64,000 nucleotides of DNA from an uncultured Planctomycetia bacterium (lineage in GTDB: Bacteria > Omnitrophota > Gorgyraeia > Tantalellales > Tantalellaceae): positions 246,353 to 310,352 of the forward strand of contig CAZGQR010000001.1 in NCBI GenBank assembly GCA_964527765.1, given 5' to 3'. Under the pieces are notes generated by a model, which was not told the DNA's origin, did not search any database, and worked only from the letters and a program-made list of their open reading frames with translations. Below, piece after piece: positions 28,879-38,698 of this stretch. A program made the translations under genes and the position numbers. The first letter of the stretch is position 1. Each line of letters starts with the position of its first letter.

Positions 28879-30869
28879 CACATACTCATCGGGTCCACGT
28901 CGATCGCCATGAGAACACCCGCCCCCTTACGAAAACCTTTCAGGGCTTCGTGCAATTTGCCGACGATACTGACCCTGTCTTTTGCTTTTATAAGGATATT
29001 CCAGCGGTAATACCCCCTGAGCTTCGGCATCGGCGACGGAGCCGGCCCGAGAATGTCCACACCCGGTATTCTTTTCAGTAGCAGCTTTGCCAGGCGTTCG
29101 GCGCTCTTTACGACGCTTTCCTCCCTTCTCGATCTCAGGGTGATCTTCACCAGATTGATAAACGGAGGAAAAAGGAGCCGGCGGCGTGACTCTATCTCTC
29201 TGTTGTAAAAACTGATATAATCGTGTTTCGCAGCCAGACTTATGGCGTAATGTTCGGGCGTGTACGTCTGGACTATGACTTCCCCGCCTAGATCGCCCCG
29301 TCCCGCGCGGCCCGCGACCTGGGTGATAAGATTGAATGTACGTTCCCCTGACCGGAAATCCGGCAGGTTCAGGTTGGCGTCGGCGGATATCACCCCTACC
29401 TGTGTCACTTTGGGAAAATCCAGTCCCTTGGCTATCATCTGCGTGCCGACTATTATGTCTATCTTATGGTCTTTGAAATCCTGCAGTAGCCTGTCGTGCG
29501 CGCCGCGCTTGGTCATCGTATCCGAGTCCATGCGCGCCAGGCGCGCTTCCGGCAGGATCTTTTTAAGTTCCGCTTCTACCTTCTGCGTGCCGGTACCTTT
29601 ATACATCAGGTAATCTTCGTCGCAGGCCGGGCATATCTTGGGGGGAGCCATCCTCCTGTTGCAATAATGGCATACCAGCTCATTTTTCCCCTGGTGGAAC
29701 ACCATGGGCGAATCGCATTTGGGGCACTTCAGCAGATACCCGCATTTGCGGCAGATCACGAACGTGGAAAATCCTCTCCGGTTCAAAAAGATCAACGCTT
29801 GCTGCTTTTTCGCGATATCATTCCGTAATGCTTCTTCCAGAACGCGGGAGACGACTTTCTTGCCGACCCTTGTCTCAAATTCCATCCGCATGTCCACGAG
29901 CTTGACCTTCGGCAGCTCCTTTTCCTTTATCCTCTGGGTCAGCTCAACAAGACGGTACTCGCCGCTCATGGCCTTGTAATATGACTCAAGGGAAGGGGTC
30001 GCGCTTCCCAGTATTACGGGCACGCCGGAGGCGCGCGCTCTTTCAATGGCCACCTCACGGGCATGATATCTTGGTACGTCTTCCTGTTTATAGCTTGGTT
30101 CGTGTTCTTCATCCACGATAAATATCCCCGGGTCCCTGAAAGGGCTGAATACTGCCGAACGCGGTCCGATAACAATGCGGGCCTCGCCGCGGCTGATCCT
30201 TTTCCATTCGCCGAACTTCACACTTTGAAGCATCCTGGAATGAAAAACAGCCACTTTGTTGCCGAACCTTGACGTAAAACGTTCTACCGTTTGAGGGGTA
30301 AGTGATATTTCCGGAACGAGTATGATGCCCGATCTGCCTTTTGCTATGACATTTTCCACCGCCTGGAGGTATATCTCCGTCTTTCCGCTCCCGGTTATTC
30401 CGTGCAGCAGAAAAACCTCATGCTTTCCTTCATCCAGACACCTGTTTATATCCGCAAGGACTTCCCCTTGTTCTTTGTTCGGTACGTGCGGACGTGTTGG
30501 CTTGATTTTTTTGGGTTTTTCCTTGATCCGGGAGACCATCGAGACCTTTCCCCTTTTCAGCGCGCCCGGTATCATCGCTTCGAGGGCCTCTCCCCATGAA
30601 CAGAAATAATTGTCCTTGATCCACCGCCCCAGTTCGATCATCTCCGAAGTGAATATCGGTGACTCGTCGATAATGTCAATGAGCGGTCTGGGATCCTCCA
30701 CCATGGGCCTATCTTCTATTTTAATGATATACCCTATGCGCCTGCTGCTGCGAAAAGGTATATGGACCCGCTTTCCCACTTCGGGAGGATACTGCTCCCT
30801 GCCGGTAACCCTGTACTGGAAGGCGCGGTCCACGGGCAGGTTTGTGATAACTTCCACGTATTCAGCCAT
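28878..30869 (-). CDS. priA: Primosomal protein N' (replication restart helicase)
   Basis: GITGSGKTE, VPEISLTPQ, DEEH, SATPS, four CxxC pairs and QVAGRAGR. Confidence 0.98.
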   Translation of the reverse strand: MAEYVEVITNLPVDRAFQYRVTGREQYPPEVGKRVHIPFRSSRRIGYIIKIEDRPMVEDPRPLIDIIDESPIFTSEMIELGRWIKDNYFCSWGEALEAMIPGALKRGKVSMVSRIKEKPKKIKPTRPHVPNKEQGEVLADINRCLDEGKHEVFLLHGITGSGKTEIYLQAVENVIAKGRSGIILVPEISLTPQTVERFTSRFGNKVAVFHSRMLQSVKFGEWKRISRGEARIVIGPRSAVFSPFRDPGIFIVDEEHEPSYKQEDVPRYHAREVAIERARASGVPVILGSATPSLESYYKAMSGEYRLVELTQRIKEKELPKVKLVDMRMEFETRVGKKVVSRVLEEALRNDIAKKQQALIFLNRRGFSTFVICRKCGYLLKCPKCDSPMVFHQGKNELVCHYCNRRMAPPKICPACDEDYLMYKGTGTQKVEAELKKILPEARLARMDSDTMTKRGAHDRLLQDFKDHKIDIIVGTQMIAKGLDFPKVTQVGVISADANLNLPDFRSGERTFNLITQVAGRAGRGDLGGEVIVQTYTPEHYAISLAAKHDYISFYNREIESRRRLLFPPFINLVKITLRSRREESVVKSAERLAKLLLKRIPGVDILGPAPSPMPKLRGYYRWNILIKAKDRVSIVGKLHEALKGFRKGAGVLMAIDVDPMSM

Positions 30870-31207
30870 TATTCGATCTTCAAAAAACCGTCAGTCACAA
30901 AAGCCATGAGATTGGAAACACCGTCTTTATTCAGGATCTTCAAAAACTTCAATCCCATCCTTGATTCTTCCGGGTCCGTCCAGGCGATCTCCGCAACGCC
31001 GGAGACTTCCCCCGTGGGGATCTGTAGCGTGAATTTTATCCCTTCCCCCGGATAAAGATCTTCCAGGTCCTCAAGGCCGCAAGAGACCACCAGAATGCCG
31101 CCCGCGGAGATATCATTGACCTTTCCTTTATATATCAGATTCTCGTCCTGATCGAAGAGTTTGATGCTGGAGGCCGTAAACTCCCTGATAAATTCACGCT
31201 TATTCAT
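30869..31207 (-). CDS. Stand-alone PilZ-domain protein (c-di-GMP receptor)
   Basis: RxxxR (REFIR), DxSxxG (DISAGG) and C-terminal W....MGLKF. Start ATG 31207 with GGAG RBS. Confidence 0.85.
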   Translation of the reverse strand: MNKREFIREFTASSIKLFDQDENLIYKGKVNDISAGGILVVSCGLEDLEDLYPGEGIKFTLQIPTGEVSGVAEIAWTDPEESRMGLKFLKILNKDGVSNLMAFVTDGFLKIE

Positions 31208-31259
31208 GTTCTCTCCCGCTGTCCTGAGACCTGGTTTTTCGTTTTCGCGCTGACGCATT

Positions 31260-31979
31260 CTAAGTTTTTTGGCGGCGTGGAACCTCAAGGCCCAGTTCTT
31301 TCGCTACCGCCTGCATATCTTTCCACACGTCCCTTTTGCCTCCGGGGTTCCTCAAAAGATACGCGGGATGGTACGTTGGCATCAACCTGATGCCCCGGTA
31401 ATCATAAAATTTGCCGCGCAGCCTGCTTATCGGCGTCTCGGTATTCAAAAGCGTCTGCGCGGCGAATTTTCCGAGCGCGCAGATGACCTTGGGCTTTATC
31501 AGCTCGATCTGTTTTACCAGATAAGGCAGGCACATGGCGATCTCCCCGGGCAGGGGATTCCTGTTGCCCGGAGGGCGACACTTCAGGATATTGCATATAA
31601 AAACATCTTTTCTCTTCAGGCCTATGGACTCAATGATCTTTGTCAATAACTGTCCGGCGCGACCCACGAAAGGCCTGCCCTGTTTATCTTCATCGCCCCC
31701 GGGGGCTTCGCCGACGAACATAAGTTCTGCGCGGGGGGGACCTTCACCGAAAACGGCATTCCTCCGGGTTTCTGCAAGCTGGCAGCGCTGACAGGATAAG
31801 ACCTCGTTTTCAAGTTCCGGCAGCGTGAGCCGCTTTGCCTCCCGGCTCCCGGAAGGGGATCCGGGATCCGGATCCGTGCCCGCTTTTTCTCCGATTATCT
31901 CATTTATCCCGGCAAGCCTTTCCGATTCAATCGCCCTCTTGATCCCGCTGAAGAGATTGCCGATCTTTTTATCATCCAT
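31260..31979 (-). CDS. Family 4 uracil-DNA glycosylase
   Basis: CQRCQL, FVGEAPG..ED..G.PFVG, KCRPP.NR.P and TYHPAY motifs. Confidence 0.95.
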   Translation of the reverse strand: MDDKKIGNLFSGIKRAIESERLAGINEIIGEKAGTDPDPGSPSGSREAKRLTLPELENEVLSCQRCQLAETRRNAVFGEGPPRAELMFVGEAPGGDEDKQGRPFVGRAGQLLTKIIESIGLKRKDVFICNILKCRPPGNRNPLPGEIAMCLPYLVKQIELIKPKVICALGKFAAQTLLNTETPISRLRGKFYDYRGIRLMPTYHPAYLLRNPGGKRDVWKDMQAVAKELGLEVPRRQKT

Positions 31980-31980
31980 A

Positions 31981-33120
31981 TTATTTCCTTCCGGTTTCCC
32001 TTAAGACTATATCCACTATTTCTTCCGCTGCGTATGGCCTGCGAATCTTGTCGATAGCCGCTTTTAGAGCGTCACGAACGTCTTCGGATATGAGTATCCT
32101 GTCCGCTATGACCGGTATATCCTTGATCTTCCGGGCTTTTTCAGCCGCGCCGCTTTCGATGAGAAAATGTTCATTCCAGGTTTCCTGCCCCGGCACGGAC
32201 GCAAAAAGTATCATGGGAAGACGCGCGTTCAGAGCCTCAGTAACGCTTATTCCTCCCGCCTTTGTTATCATGACATCGGATACCGACATGAGCTCTGCCA
32301 CTTTATCGGTATAGCCCAGCAATATGAGCGGATAATCCAGTTTATCCCTTAAACGCTGTATGTTCTCAAACGCCGTCTTGTTGTGTCCGCAAACGGTTAT
32401 TACCTGGATATCGGCACGGCATGAATTTAAGGAAAGCAGCATTTTCCCGATAGGGCCGACCCCGAAACCCCCGCTTAAAAGGAAGATCGTTTTTTTGCCC
32501 TCATCCAGGCCGTATGTCCTCCGCACCCCGGCGGTATCGAACTCTCCGCGAAACTCTTCCAGTGTCGGGATCCCCGTAACGGTCATCTTATCCGCCGGCA
32601 CTCCCCTTTTGACCACTTCCAGTGCCGCCGACCGGGAGCCGATAAAATACCTGTCTATATGCCGTGACAGCCAATAACTGTGCGGCCCGTAATCCGTGAT
32701 CACCGCATACATCCGGGAATGAAAGCTCTTAAACTTTTTTAAACCGCCGGCTATACCGGGCAAAAGAAAATGAGTGGCCACTATAGCATCAGGGGATTCT
32801 TTTACCAGCATCGTTTTCAGTTCTTCCAGGTTACGCAGGTCCGTGGATTCACGTATCTTCCGGAGCATGGCATCCACGAAGGGATGATTTGGAATATAGT
32901 ACAGTGCCGCCCATAAAATTTTGGCATGGCTTATGAGGAAAATGTAAAAAGTAGTATATAGAAAGCGGTAAAAGTTACTTGCATATTCAAGCAGATCTAT
33001 CGATTTGACCTGAGCGGTATCTTTGACCTTTTCCTGGAAGGTTTTTAAAAGTGCCATCGCCGCCTTCTTATGCCCCATGCCGGCGGTCGAGTAAATAACG
33101 ATAATTTTCTTTTTATTCAT
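31981..33120 (-). CDS. MGDG synthase / UgtP-like GT28 glycosyltransferase
   Basis: GMGHKKAA, THF, ITDY, TGIP, ITKAGG.SV.EA and PGQE.N motifs. Confidence 0.88.
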   Translation of the reverse strand: MNKKKIIVIYSTAGMGHKKAAMALLKTFQEKVKDTAQVKSIDLLEYASNFYRFLYTTFYIFLISHAKILWAALYYIPNHPFVDAMLRKIRESTDLRNLEELKTMLVKESPDAIVATHFLLPGIAGGLKKFKSFHSRMYAVITDYGPHSYWLSRHIDRYFIGSRSAALEVVKRGVPADKMTVTGIPTLEEFRGEFDTAGVRRTYGLDEGKKTIFLLSGGFGVGPIGKMLLSLNSCRADIQVITVCGHNKTAFENIQRLRDKLDYPLILLGYTDKVAELMSVSDVMITKAGGISVTEALNARLPMILFASVPGQETWNEHFLIESGAAEKARKIKDIPVIADRILISEDVRDALKAAIDKIRRPYAAEEIVDIVLRETGRK

Positions 33121-33147
33121 ATTATCCGTGACAGTTTAGTTTTTATA

Positions 33148-33295
33148 AGGACGGCCCCGGGATGTTTCTACCGGAAGCTTGTAAACTTTTAAGAACATTA
33201 GAATATCATTCAACAGTTTTTTTAAATTTGGACGCCAAGCAGTAAAAGTTCAGGGTTTCGTACAAGCTTCCGTACGAAAATCCCGAGGCCGTCCT
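33148..33295. repeat. 148-bp element with ~35-40-bp imperfect terminal inverted repeats and an AT-rich core (MITE/REPIN-like)
   Basis: Left arm AGGACGGCCCCGGGATGTTTCTACCGGAAGCTTGTA vs reverse complement of right arm AGGACGGCCTCGGGATTTTCGTACGGAAGCTTGTA. Confidence 0.78.
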
Positions 33296-33862
33296 CTAAA
33301 ATTCAGCGTTTAATATTAAATCCACCGCTTCGCCCAGATTATCGCAAACATGATCCGGCTTGAACTTCCAGTTTTCCGCATCTTCCCTTGAGGACTTTCC
33401 CGAAAGCATGAGAATGGTCTTCGATCCGACTTTCTTTCCGACCTGCATGTCACGTTCGGTATCCCCGACATAAAAGCTTCCCTTGAAAGTCCTTATCCCG
33501 AGTTCTTTCTGGGCCATTCGAAAAAGCCCGTCTTTGGGCTTGCGGCATGAACAATTCTCTTCCTTCGCATGCGTGCAGTAGTAAATACCCGCAATGCTTC
33601 CTCCCGCTTTTTCTACTGTCCGCTTCATCCCGTTTGTCACGTCCTCCAGGTCTTTTTTGGAGAAATACCCCTTTCCCACACCCTGCTGATTCGAGATGAT
33701 GACATTTTTATACCCTTCATCCGTGAGTCTTTTCAGCGCTTCCAGGACCCCGGGCAGAAAATGAAAATCCTCCCGGCGGGTCACGTACCCGTGTTCCGTC
33801 CACCCGGCCGGGTCCCTGTTGATCACGCCGTCCCTGTCCAGAAAAACATACTTATCGCTCAC
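33296..33862 (-). CDS. gmhB: D-glycero-D-manno-heptose 1,7-bisphosphate phosphatase
   Basis: FLDRDGVIN, SNQ.G, CxH...CxCRKP and VGD...D motifs; next to GT9 genes. Confidence 0.9.
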   Translation of the reverse strand: MSDKYVFLDRDGVINRDPAGWTEHGYVTRREDFHFLPGVLEALKRLTDEGYKNVIISNQQGVGKGYFSKKDLEDVTNGMKRTVEKAGGSIAGIYYCTHAKEENCSCRKPKDGLFRMAQKELGIRTFKGSFYVGDTERDMQVGKKVGSKTILMLSGKSSREDAENWKFKPDHVCDNLGEAVDLILNAEF

Positions 33863-35258
33863 CGTATCCCCCCGTACTAAAACTTGCTATTTCGCGCACA
33901 TCATCGTGCATGAGAAACGCCAGGATCAGCAGTGCTATCCCGCAAAAATGCAGCATGAACCGCGAGATCGTCGTGTTCACCACATAAAACAGGTCATACG
34001 ACGTGGTCGCCATATATCCGGCAAAGTATCCCGCCGCTGAAAGGACCAGGAATATCATCATGTAAAAACATTCATCCTCGCGCAACCTTTTCCTTTTCCA
34101 TATCATGCCGGCAAAGAACATGATCCAGAATATATTCCATTTTTTGGGACCGAACACTTCCTGCTGGAAGAGATTAAGCAAGATCGGGATGTCCTTGATG
34201 TTCTGCCACAGGTATTCCGGCGTAAGCCTGGAAAAAACTATATCGGTATTGAGGGCCGCGCTTGAGATCTTCACGGCAAACCAGGGGGCACTGACAGCTG
34301 TTATGATCGCGAATGAAACGATCATATCGCCCAGTTTTTGTTTCCGCACGTAAGCGCCTGACTTCGCGATAAAAACAGCAAAGACAGCAATAAAGGCTCC
34401 CGTGAATACCATCGCCTCGTTCTTGATCCATAAAGAGAACCCGAATAAAAGCGAACAGAACACAAGGCGCATCCTGTCGCCTGTACGGATATAGGATATG
34501 AAATATAATGTCGCGCACGTCACGAACGCCGCAAGTATAAGATCGGCGTGGATTATCGTGGCGTAATCGACAAGCTGGGGTATCGTCGCCAGGATAAATA
34601 CGGAAAGAAGGGAATATTGCCTGCCGAACAGCTTCTTCATCTGGGAATAAACAAGCACCATGAACGCCAGGTAAATAACGGGCATGACCATGTTCACGGC
34701 AAGATCGTTGAACCCGATAAAGTTGTATATCCAGGTCATTAAAAACGGCAGGAGAAGCGGATAATCGGGGTGAGCAACCGTCGTTTCACTAAAACCGAAA
34801 AAACCTTCCGGTATTCCGCCGGTAAAATAAAAGATCTTTGCCTTGAGCGCGTAATTCGCAACCGCATCATGCGAGCTTACCGGCATCGGAGCGACCAGGA
34901 AAACCGCCCAGAGAAATTGGATAAGCAGGCCCGCGGCCAGCAGATGCTCCGTCCTGTTCCACCGCTGAAAACCGGATATATCCGGCAAAAGCTCGTTCAC
35001 TCTTTCAGGCTTTGATGCGTATCGCGAAAAAACCAGTATAAACAGCACGACCGGCACAATGATCAGATTCAAAAAGGAAAAAGCGATACCGAACAGGTAA
35101 TACAAAAAAAGTTGATATGACGCGAATCCCACACCCAGAAAGAAGGATAATGCCGCAAGCTCCGGAAGCGAATAGTTATAACGGTCGCGCCTGACCACAA
35201 GCAGTACAAAAGACGCTCCTATTATCATGAATGATAATAGGGACAGAATGAAGCTCAT
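33852..35258 (-). CDS. Polytopic GT-C-fold membrane glycosyltransferase (ArnT/PMT-like)
   Basis: Roughly 12 TM segments, DA..NY..KAK, HPDYPLL.P and KNEA motifs typical of GT39/GT83-like proteins. Confidence 0.65.
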   Translation of the reverse strand: MSFILSLLSFMIIGASFVLLVVRRDRYNYSLPELAALSFFLGVGFASYQLFLYYLFGIAFSFLNLIIVPVVLFILVFSRYASKPERVNELLPDISGFQRWNRTEHLLAAGLLIQFLWAVFLVAPMPVSSHDAVANYALKAKIFYFTGGIPEGFFGFSETTVAHPDYPLLLPFLMTWIYNFIGFNDLAVNMVMPVIYLAFMVLVYSQMKKLFGRQYSLLSVFILATIPQLVDYATIIHADLILAAFVTCATLYFISYIRTGDRMRLVFCSLLFGFSLWIKNEAMVFTGAFIAVFAVFIAKSGAYVRKQKLGDMIVSFAIITAVSAPWFAVKISSAALNTDIVFSRLTPEYLWQNIKDIPILLNLFQQEVFGPKKWNIFWIMFFAGMIWKRKRLREDECFYMMIFLVLSAAGYFAGYMATTSYDLFYVVNTTISRFMLHFCGIALLILAFLMHDDVREIASFSTGGYGER

Positions 35259-35686
35259 CTATTTCTCTCCTCTTTCACCAGTATACGTCCCGTGCCGCCG
35301 TATTGTTTATACTCCTTATAGCCCTCGGGTTCCGTATCTTCCCTTCCGTAAACGATCCTGAAATCGGCGTCCCCCTCAACGTTCTTCAAAGGCCATAGAA
35401 AATACCGCGCGCGCACCTTGTTGACCGAGAACCTTTCGAACCCCGCCAGCTCATACGTAGACCCTTCGGGGATACTCTGCCTGCAAAACACCAGGAACCC
35501 GTAAAGCTTATCACCGATGATGTAGCGCACTTTACTGCCGTGATCGTGCGTGTAAAGGTAGCGAAGCCCACCGTACTGCCCGTCCTTATCTTCCCTGATG
35601 AGAAAAAACATCCACAGCACGAGCCACGCGGCAAAGACCGCCTTTAAAATAGCCCTTTTATTCACTCTCCGGTTCACGGTTATCAT
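35255..35686 (-). CDS. Hypothetical membrane-anchored protein
   Basis: N-terminal TM segment, Y(F)LWP motif, tight overlap with neighbours. Confidence 0.7.
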   Translation of the reverse strand: MITVNRRVNKRAILKAVFAAWLVLWMFFLIREDKDGQYGGLRYLYTHDHGSKVRYIIGDKLYGFLVFCRQSIPEGSTYELAGFERFSVNKVRARYFLWPLKNVEGDADFRIVYGREDTEPEGYKEYKQYGGTGRILVKEERNR

Positions 35687-36838
35687 CTATTTAGCTCTCC
35701 TCAGGTATTCGGCCAGGGGCCCGGGAGTTTCAAGGTCAAATGTCATGCGCTTTCCGGTCTCGATACGCGTTTTCTCCTTCAGCGAAAACGTCTCGGCCCC
35801 GTGCAGCGGTTTCAGAAAACCCAGGAAACGCAAAAGAGGTCCGTCTTTCATTATAATTGCGTCATATTTTTTCTTTTTGGTCAGGACCTGCCACAGGACC
35901 GCCGGAGCCGTGAAAGTATTCAAAAAAATATTGACGCCTATATCAGCGTGTTTTATCGGTTTTTTTCCATCAAACCCGGTGAGATTCCCGCCAGATGACC
36001 GGCGGCCCCTGCTCCACATATCGATGATCGCCCTTTCACGGGCCATACCTTTCAATATCTCATAATATTCGGATACCCGCCCGTCGCTTCCCGGCAGACG
36101 GTCAAGAAAAAAGATCCTTAGAAGCCGCCCCCAGCGATCCTCGAACAGCTTCCTGTTCGTGCGGTATATTTCCTCTTTTCCTTTCCACTTGCCCCTCGAG
36201 GCCTGCTCCGCGTGAAAGACATAAGCCCCTTCAGCCATCACCGCGATAAAGCCGTTCTTGCCGGCGCGAACCGAAAAATCGGTGTCCTCGTAGCAAAATC
36301 CCCGGTATGCCTCGTCAAGGTAACCTATGCTCTCTATCACTTCTCTTTTGATAAGACAGGCGAACCCGATAGCATGCCCGAGCTCCGTGAACCTGCCCTT
36401 CTTGTTCCGGATCAGCGCGGCATGATCGTCTATCGAGTTTCCGATACCCGGACGGGAACCGAAGGTGTTGCTCTGCGGGTTCACCAGCCCTATATTATCT
36501 CTGCTGCGGGCAACAGCGATCATCTCCTCCAGCCATCCATCGGTTACCTGGCAATCATTGTTCAAAAGACACACGAACGGCGCTTCGGAAAGGCGCATGC
36601 CCCTGTTCATGCCGCCGGCAAAACCCACGTTCTCTTCGCTGAACACTTTCTCCATGATCACTTTGTCGTTGCCGCGGATCCCCTGAAGGTAGCGTCTTAC
36701 CTCGGGATCACTGCTGGCGTTATCCACGATGATAAGGCGCGAACTGGCCCTGGTATGATCCAGAACGCTCCGGACGCATTTTTTCAAAAGGTCGGGGCTT
36801 TCATAACTGAGCAATATAATATCGCATTCGGGTTTCAT
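35687..36838 (-). CDS. GT2 glycosyltransferase with a C-terminal extension
   Basis: IIVDNAS, N.GFAGG.N.G, LLNND and EDTD motifs. Confidence 0.9.
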   Translation of the reverse strand: MKPECDIILLSYESPDLLKKCVRSVLDHTRASSRLIIVDNASSDPEVRRYLQGIRGNDKVIMEKVFSEENVGFAGGMNRGMRLSEAPFVCLLNNDCQVTDGWLEEMIAVARSRDNIGLVNPQSNTFGSRPGIGNSIDDHAALIRNKKGRFTELGHAIGFACLIKREVIESIGYLDEAYRGFCYEDTDFSVRAGKNGFIAVMAEGAYVFHAEQASRGKWKGKEEIYRTNRKLFEDRWGRLLRIFFLDRLPGSDGRVSEYYEILKGMARERAIIDMWSRGRRSSGGNLTGFDGKKPIKHADIGVNIFLNTFTAPAVLWQVLTKKKKYDAIIMKDGPLLRFLGFLKPLHGAETFSLKEKTRIETGKRMTFDLETPGPLAEYLRRAK

Positions 36839-37617
36839 CTTTTCCCGGGACCCTTTTCCCCTTCCTTGAACTGAAGCTCCCTGTACTTAAGATAACTGAC
36901 GATCTGGTACAGGCCGCTGAACACCGCCACGACCATACCGTAGAACCCGTCCTTGTAAGCCTTTTTCCTGATCAGTCTGCGGTAAAAACACCTGTCAAGG
37001 GCGCGCCATACAGCATGCCCCATGCTCATGCGTCTGCCGGTGCGGTACCATTTCCGGGCCTCAAGCGTGGTCTGGCTGTTGAGGCTTCTCAGGTAATCCG
37101 CAATATCCCTGTGAGAATAATGGATTATGTCATTCCTGAGATGACCGCAAGCCCCTTCCAGGAACGCCCGCGGATGCACTTCCACTTCTTCATACTTGAA
37201 CTCGGACCTGAGAAAAAACTTCAGCTGCGCCGCCGGGTATTCCCCTCCGTAACGCAACCAGTGATCGCCGATATAGTTCCGCCTGGGAACGGTGTATGCC
37301 TTGAACTCCGGAGCGCCGTTCAGTAACTCGGTGATCTCTTTCGCAAGCCCTTCTGTCGCGCGTTCGTCAGCATCCAGGCTCAATACCCAGTCGTTGGAGG
37401 CTTTTGCATAAGCCCAGTTCCTGTGTTTTCCCTCGTTTTCCATCTTTCTTACGAAGATCCTGTCCGTATATTTCTTTGCCTTGTCCCTGGTCATATCCGT
37501 GCTTTCATCATCTACCACGATGATCTCATCCGCCCAGGCCACGCTTTCCAGGCAATCAGCAATATTATCTTCTTCATTCTTGGTTATCACGACCACGCTC
37601 ACCGGAGCTTTATCCAT
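36835..37617 (-). CDS. GT2 glycosyltransferase (KdtX/WaaE-like, LPS core)
   Basis: ITKNEE, DEIIVVD.STD, LDADE and VH motifs. Confidence 0.88.
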   Translation of the reverse strand: MDKAPVSVVVITKNEEDNIADCLESVAWADEIIVVDDESTDMTRDKAKKYTDRIFVRKMENEGKHRNWAYAKASNDWVLSLDADERATEGLAKEITELLNGAPEFKAYTVPRRNYIGDHWLRYGGEYPAAQLKFFLRSEFKYEEVEVHPRAFLEGACGHLRNDIIHYSHRDIADYLRSLNSQTTLEARKWYRTGRRMSMGHAVWRALDRCFYRRLIRKKAYKDGFYGMVVAVFSGLYQIVSYLKYRELQFKEGEKGPGKR

Positions 37618-38698
37618 GTATCATCCTCTCTCTTCCCAAAAGTTCCAAACACGCATCCGCCACCGTTCGCGGATCGATACCCGTTAAACACCGGTTATCA
37701 TGCGTGCATTCGGGAAGTTTAAACCTGCCGTAACAGGGCCTGCACGGCACTTCCCTTGCAGTGATCACCTTATGTTTATCAGAACCCGGATAAGGCCCGT
37801 AAACTTTATCATCCACGGGACCAAAGATCGATACGGTCCTGGCGCCGAGCGCCACGGCTATGTGCAGGGGTCCTCCGTCATTGCACAATACCAGCCCGCA
37901 CTGGCTCAACAAGGCGATATACTGCTTCAGCGTCAGGGTATTTTCCGTGGCCGCGCGTCCCTTCGTCATTTTGCCGGCGGCTTCCCGGCACAGGTCCGTT
38001 TCTGACCGGTCACCAAGAAATACCACTTTCAGCCCCTGCTCGACCAGTATATCCGCCGCCTGCGAAAATCCCGCGGGAGCCCACCGCTTGCGCGGAGCTT
38101 GAGGGCCCCAGCTCGCGCCCCCGCCGGGAACGACCGCGACAAGACACCCTTTCTCAAGGCCTTTTTCCTTCAGGTAGGCCCGGGCCCATTCCAGGGCATT
38201 CTCGTCAGGGACAAGCTGCATTTCCTTTATGGAAGCGGGCACCCCTGCGCGCCGAAGAAGGTCAAGATAATGTTCGACGACATGACGTTCCGTGAATCCC
38301 GCAAGGGGTATCCTGTCGGTAAGAAATATCCCCCTTCGCCTGTAATCCAGCCCCACCCTCCGCGGTATGCCGGCGAGCTTAAAGAACAGCCCGAACTTGC
38401 GCGACAAAGTAAAATCAAGGACCATGTCATATCTTTGCCGGCGTATCGACAAGAACAGCTTATACAGGGCCATCAGGCATCGGACCTTTGATCGCCGCCA
38501 TAACCTCGCATAATCGTCCTTTTCATAGACAAATATCTCATCCACGTCCGGATCGCTCTCGACCACATCCCTGGTCCTGGCATTGCAAAGATAATCCACC
38601 GATAAGCCTTCCGTCTCCTTCTTCAGGCTTGCGATAAGGGGTGTCGTGAACAGCACATCGCCTATGCCGAATATATTCGCAACGAGCACTTTCTTCAT
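37610..38698 (-). CDS. GT9 LPS heptosyltransferase
   Basis: GIGDVLFTTP, PGG...KRW, NDGGPLHIA.A and FGP motifs. Confidence 0.92.
   Translation of the reverse strand: MKKVLVANIFGIGDVLFTTPLIASLKKETEGLSVDYLCNARTRDVVESDPDVDEIFVYEKDDYARLWRRSKVRCLMALYKLFLSIRRQRYDMVLDFTLSRKFGLFFKLAGIPRRVGLDYRRRGIFLTDRIPLAGFTERHVVEHYLDLLRRAGVPASIKEMQLVPDENALEWARAYLKEKGLEKGCLVAVVPGGGASWGPQAPRKRWAPAGFSQAADILVEQGLKVVFLGDRSETDLCREAAGKMTKGRAATENTLTLKQYIALLSQCGLVLCNDGGPLHIAVALGARTVSIFGPVDDKVYGPYPGSDKHKVITAREVPCRPCYGRFKLPECTHDNRCLTGIDPRTVADACLELLGRERMIHG

Noticed and set aside
31207-31288. ORF-track N-terminal extensions (PilZ, lysA, waaL, rfbB, UXS, radical SAM, DGC)
   Set aside because: They overlap upstream genes; downstream starts that avoid the overlap and match family N-termini exist.
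31855-31878. GGATCC(G) short tandem repeats in udg
   Set aside because: They encode a low-complexity Asp/Pro/Gly linker and are too short to indicate a repeat system.
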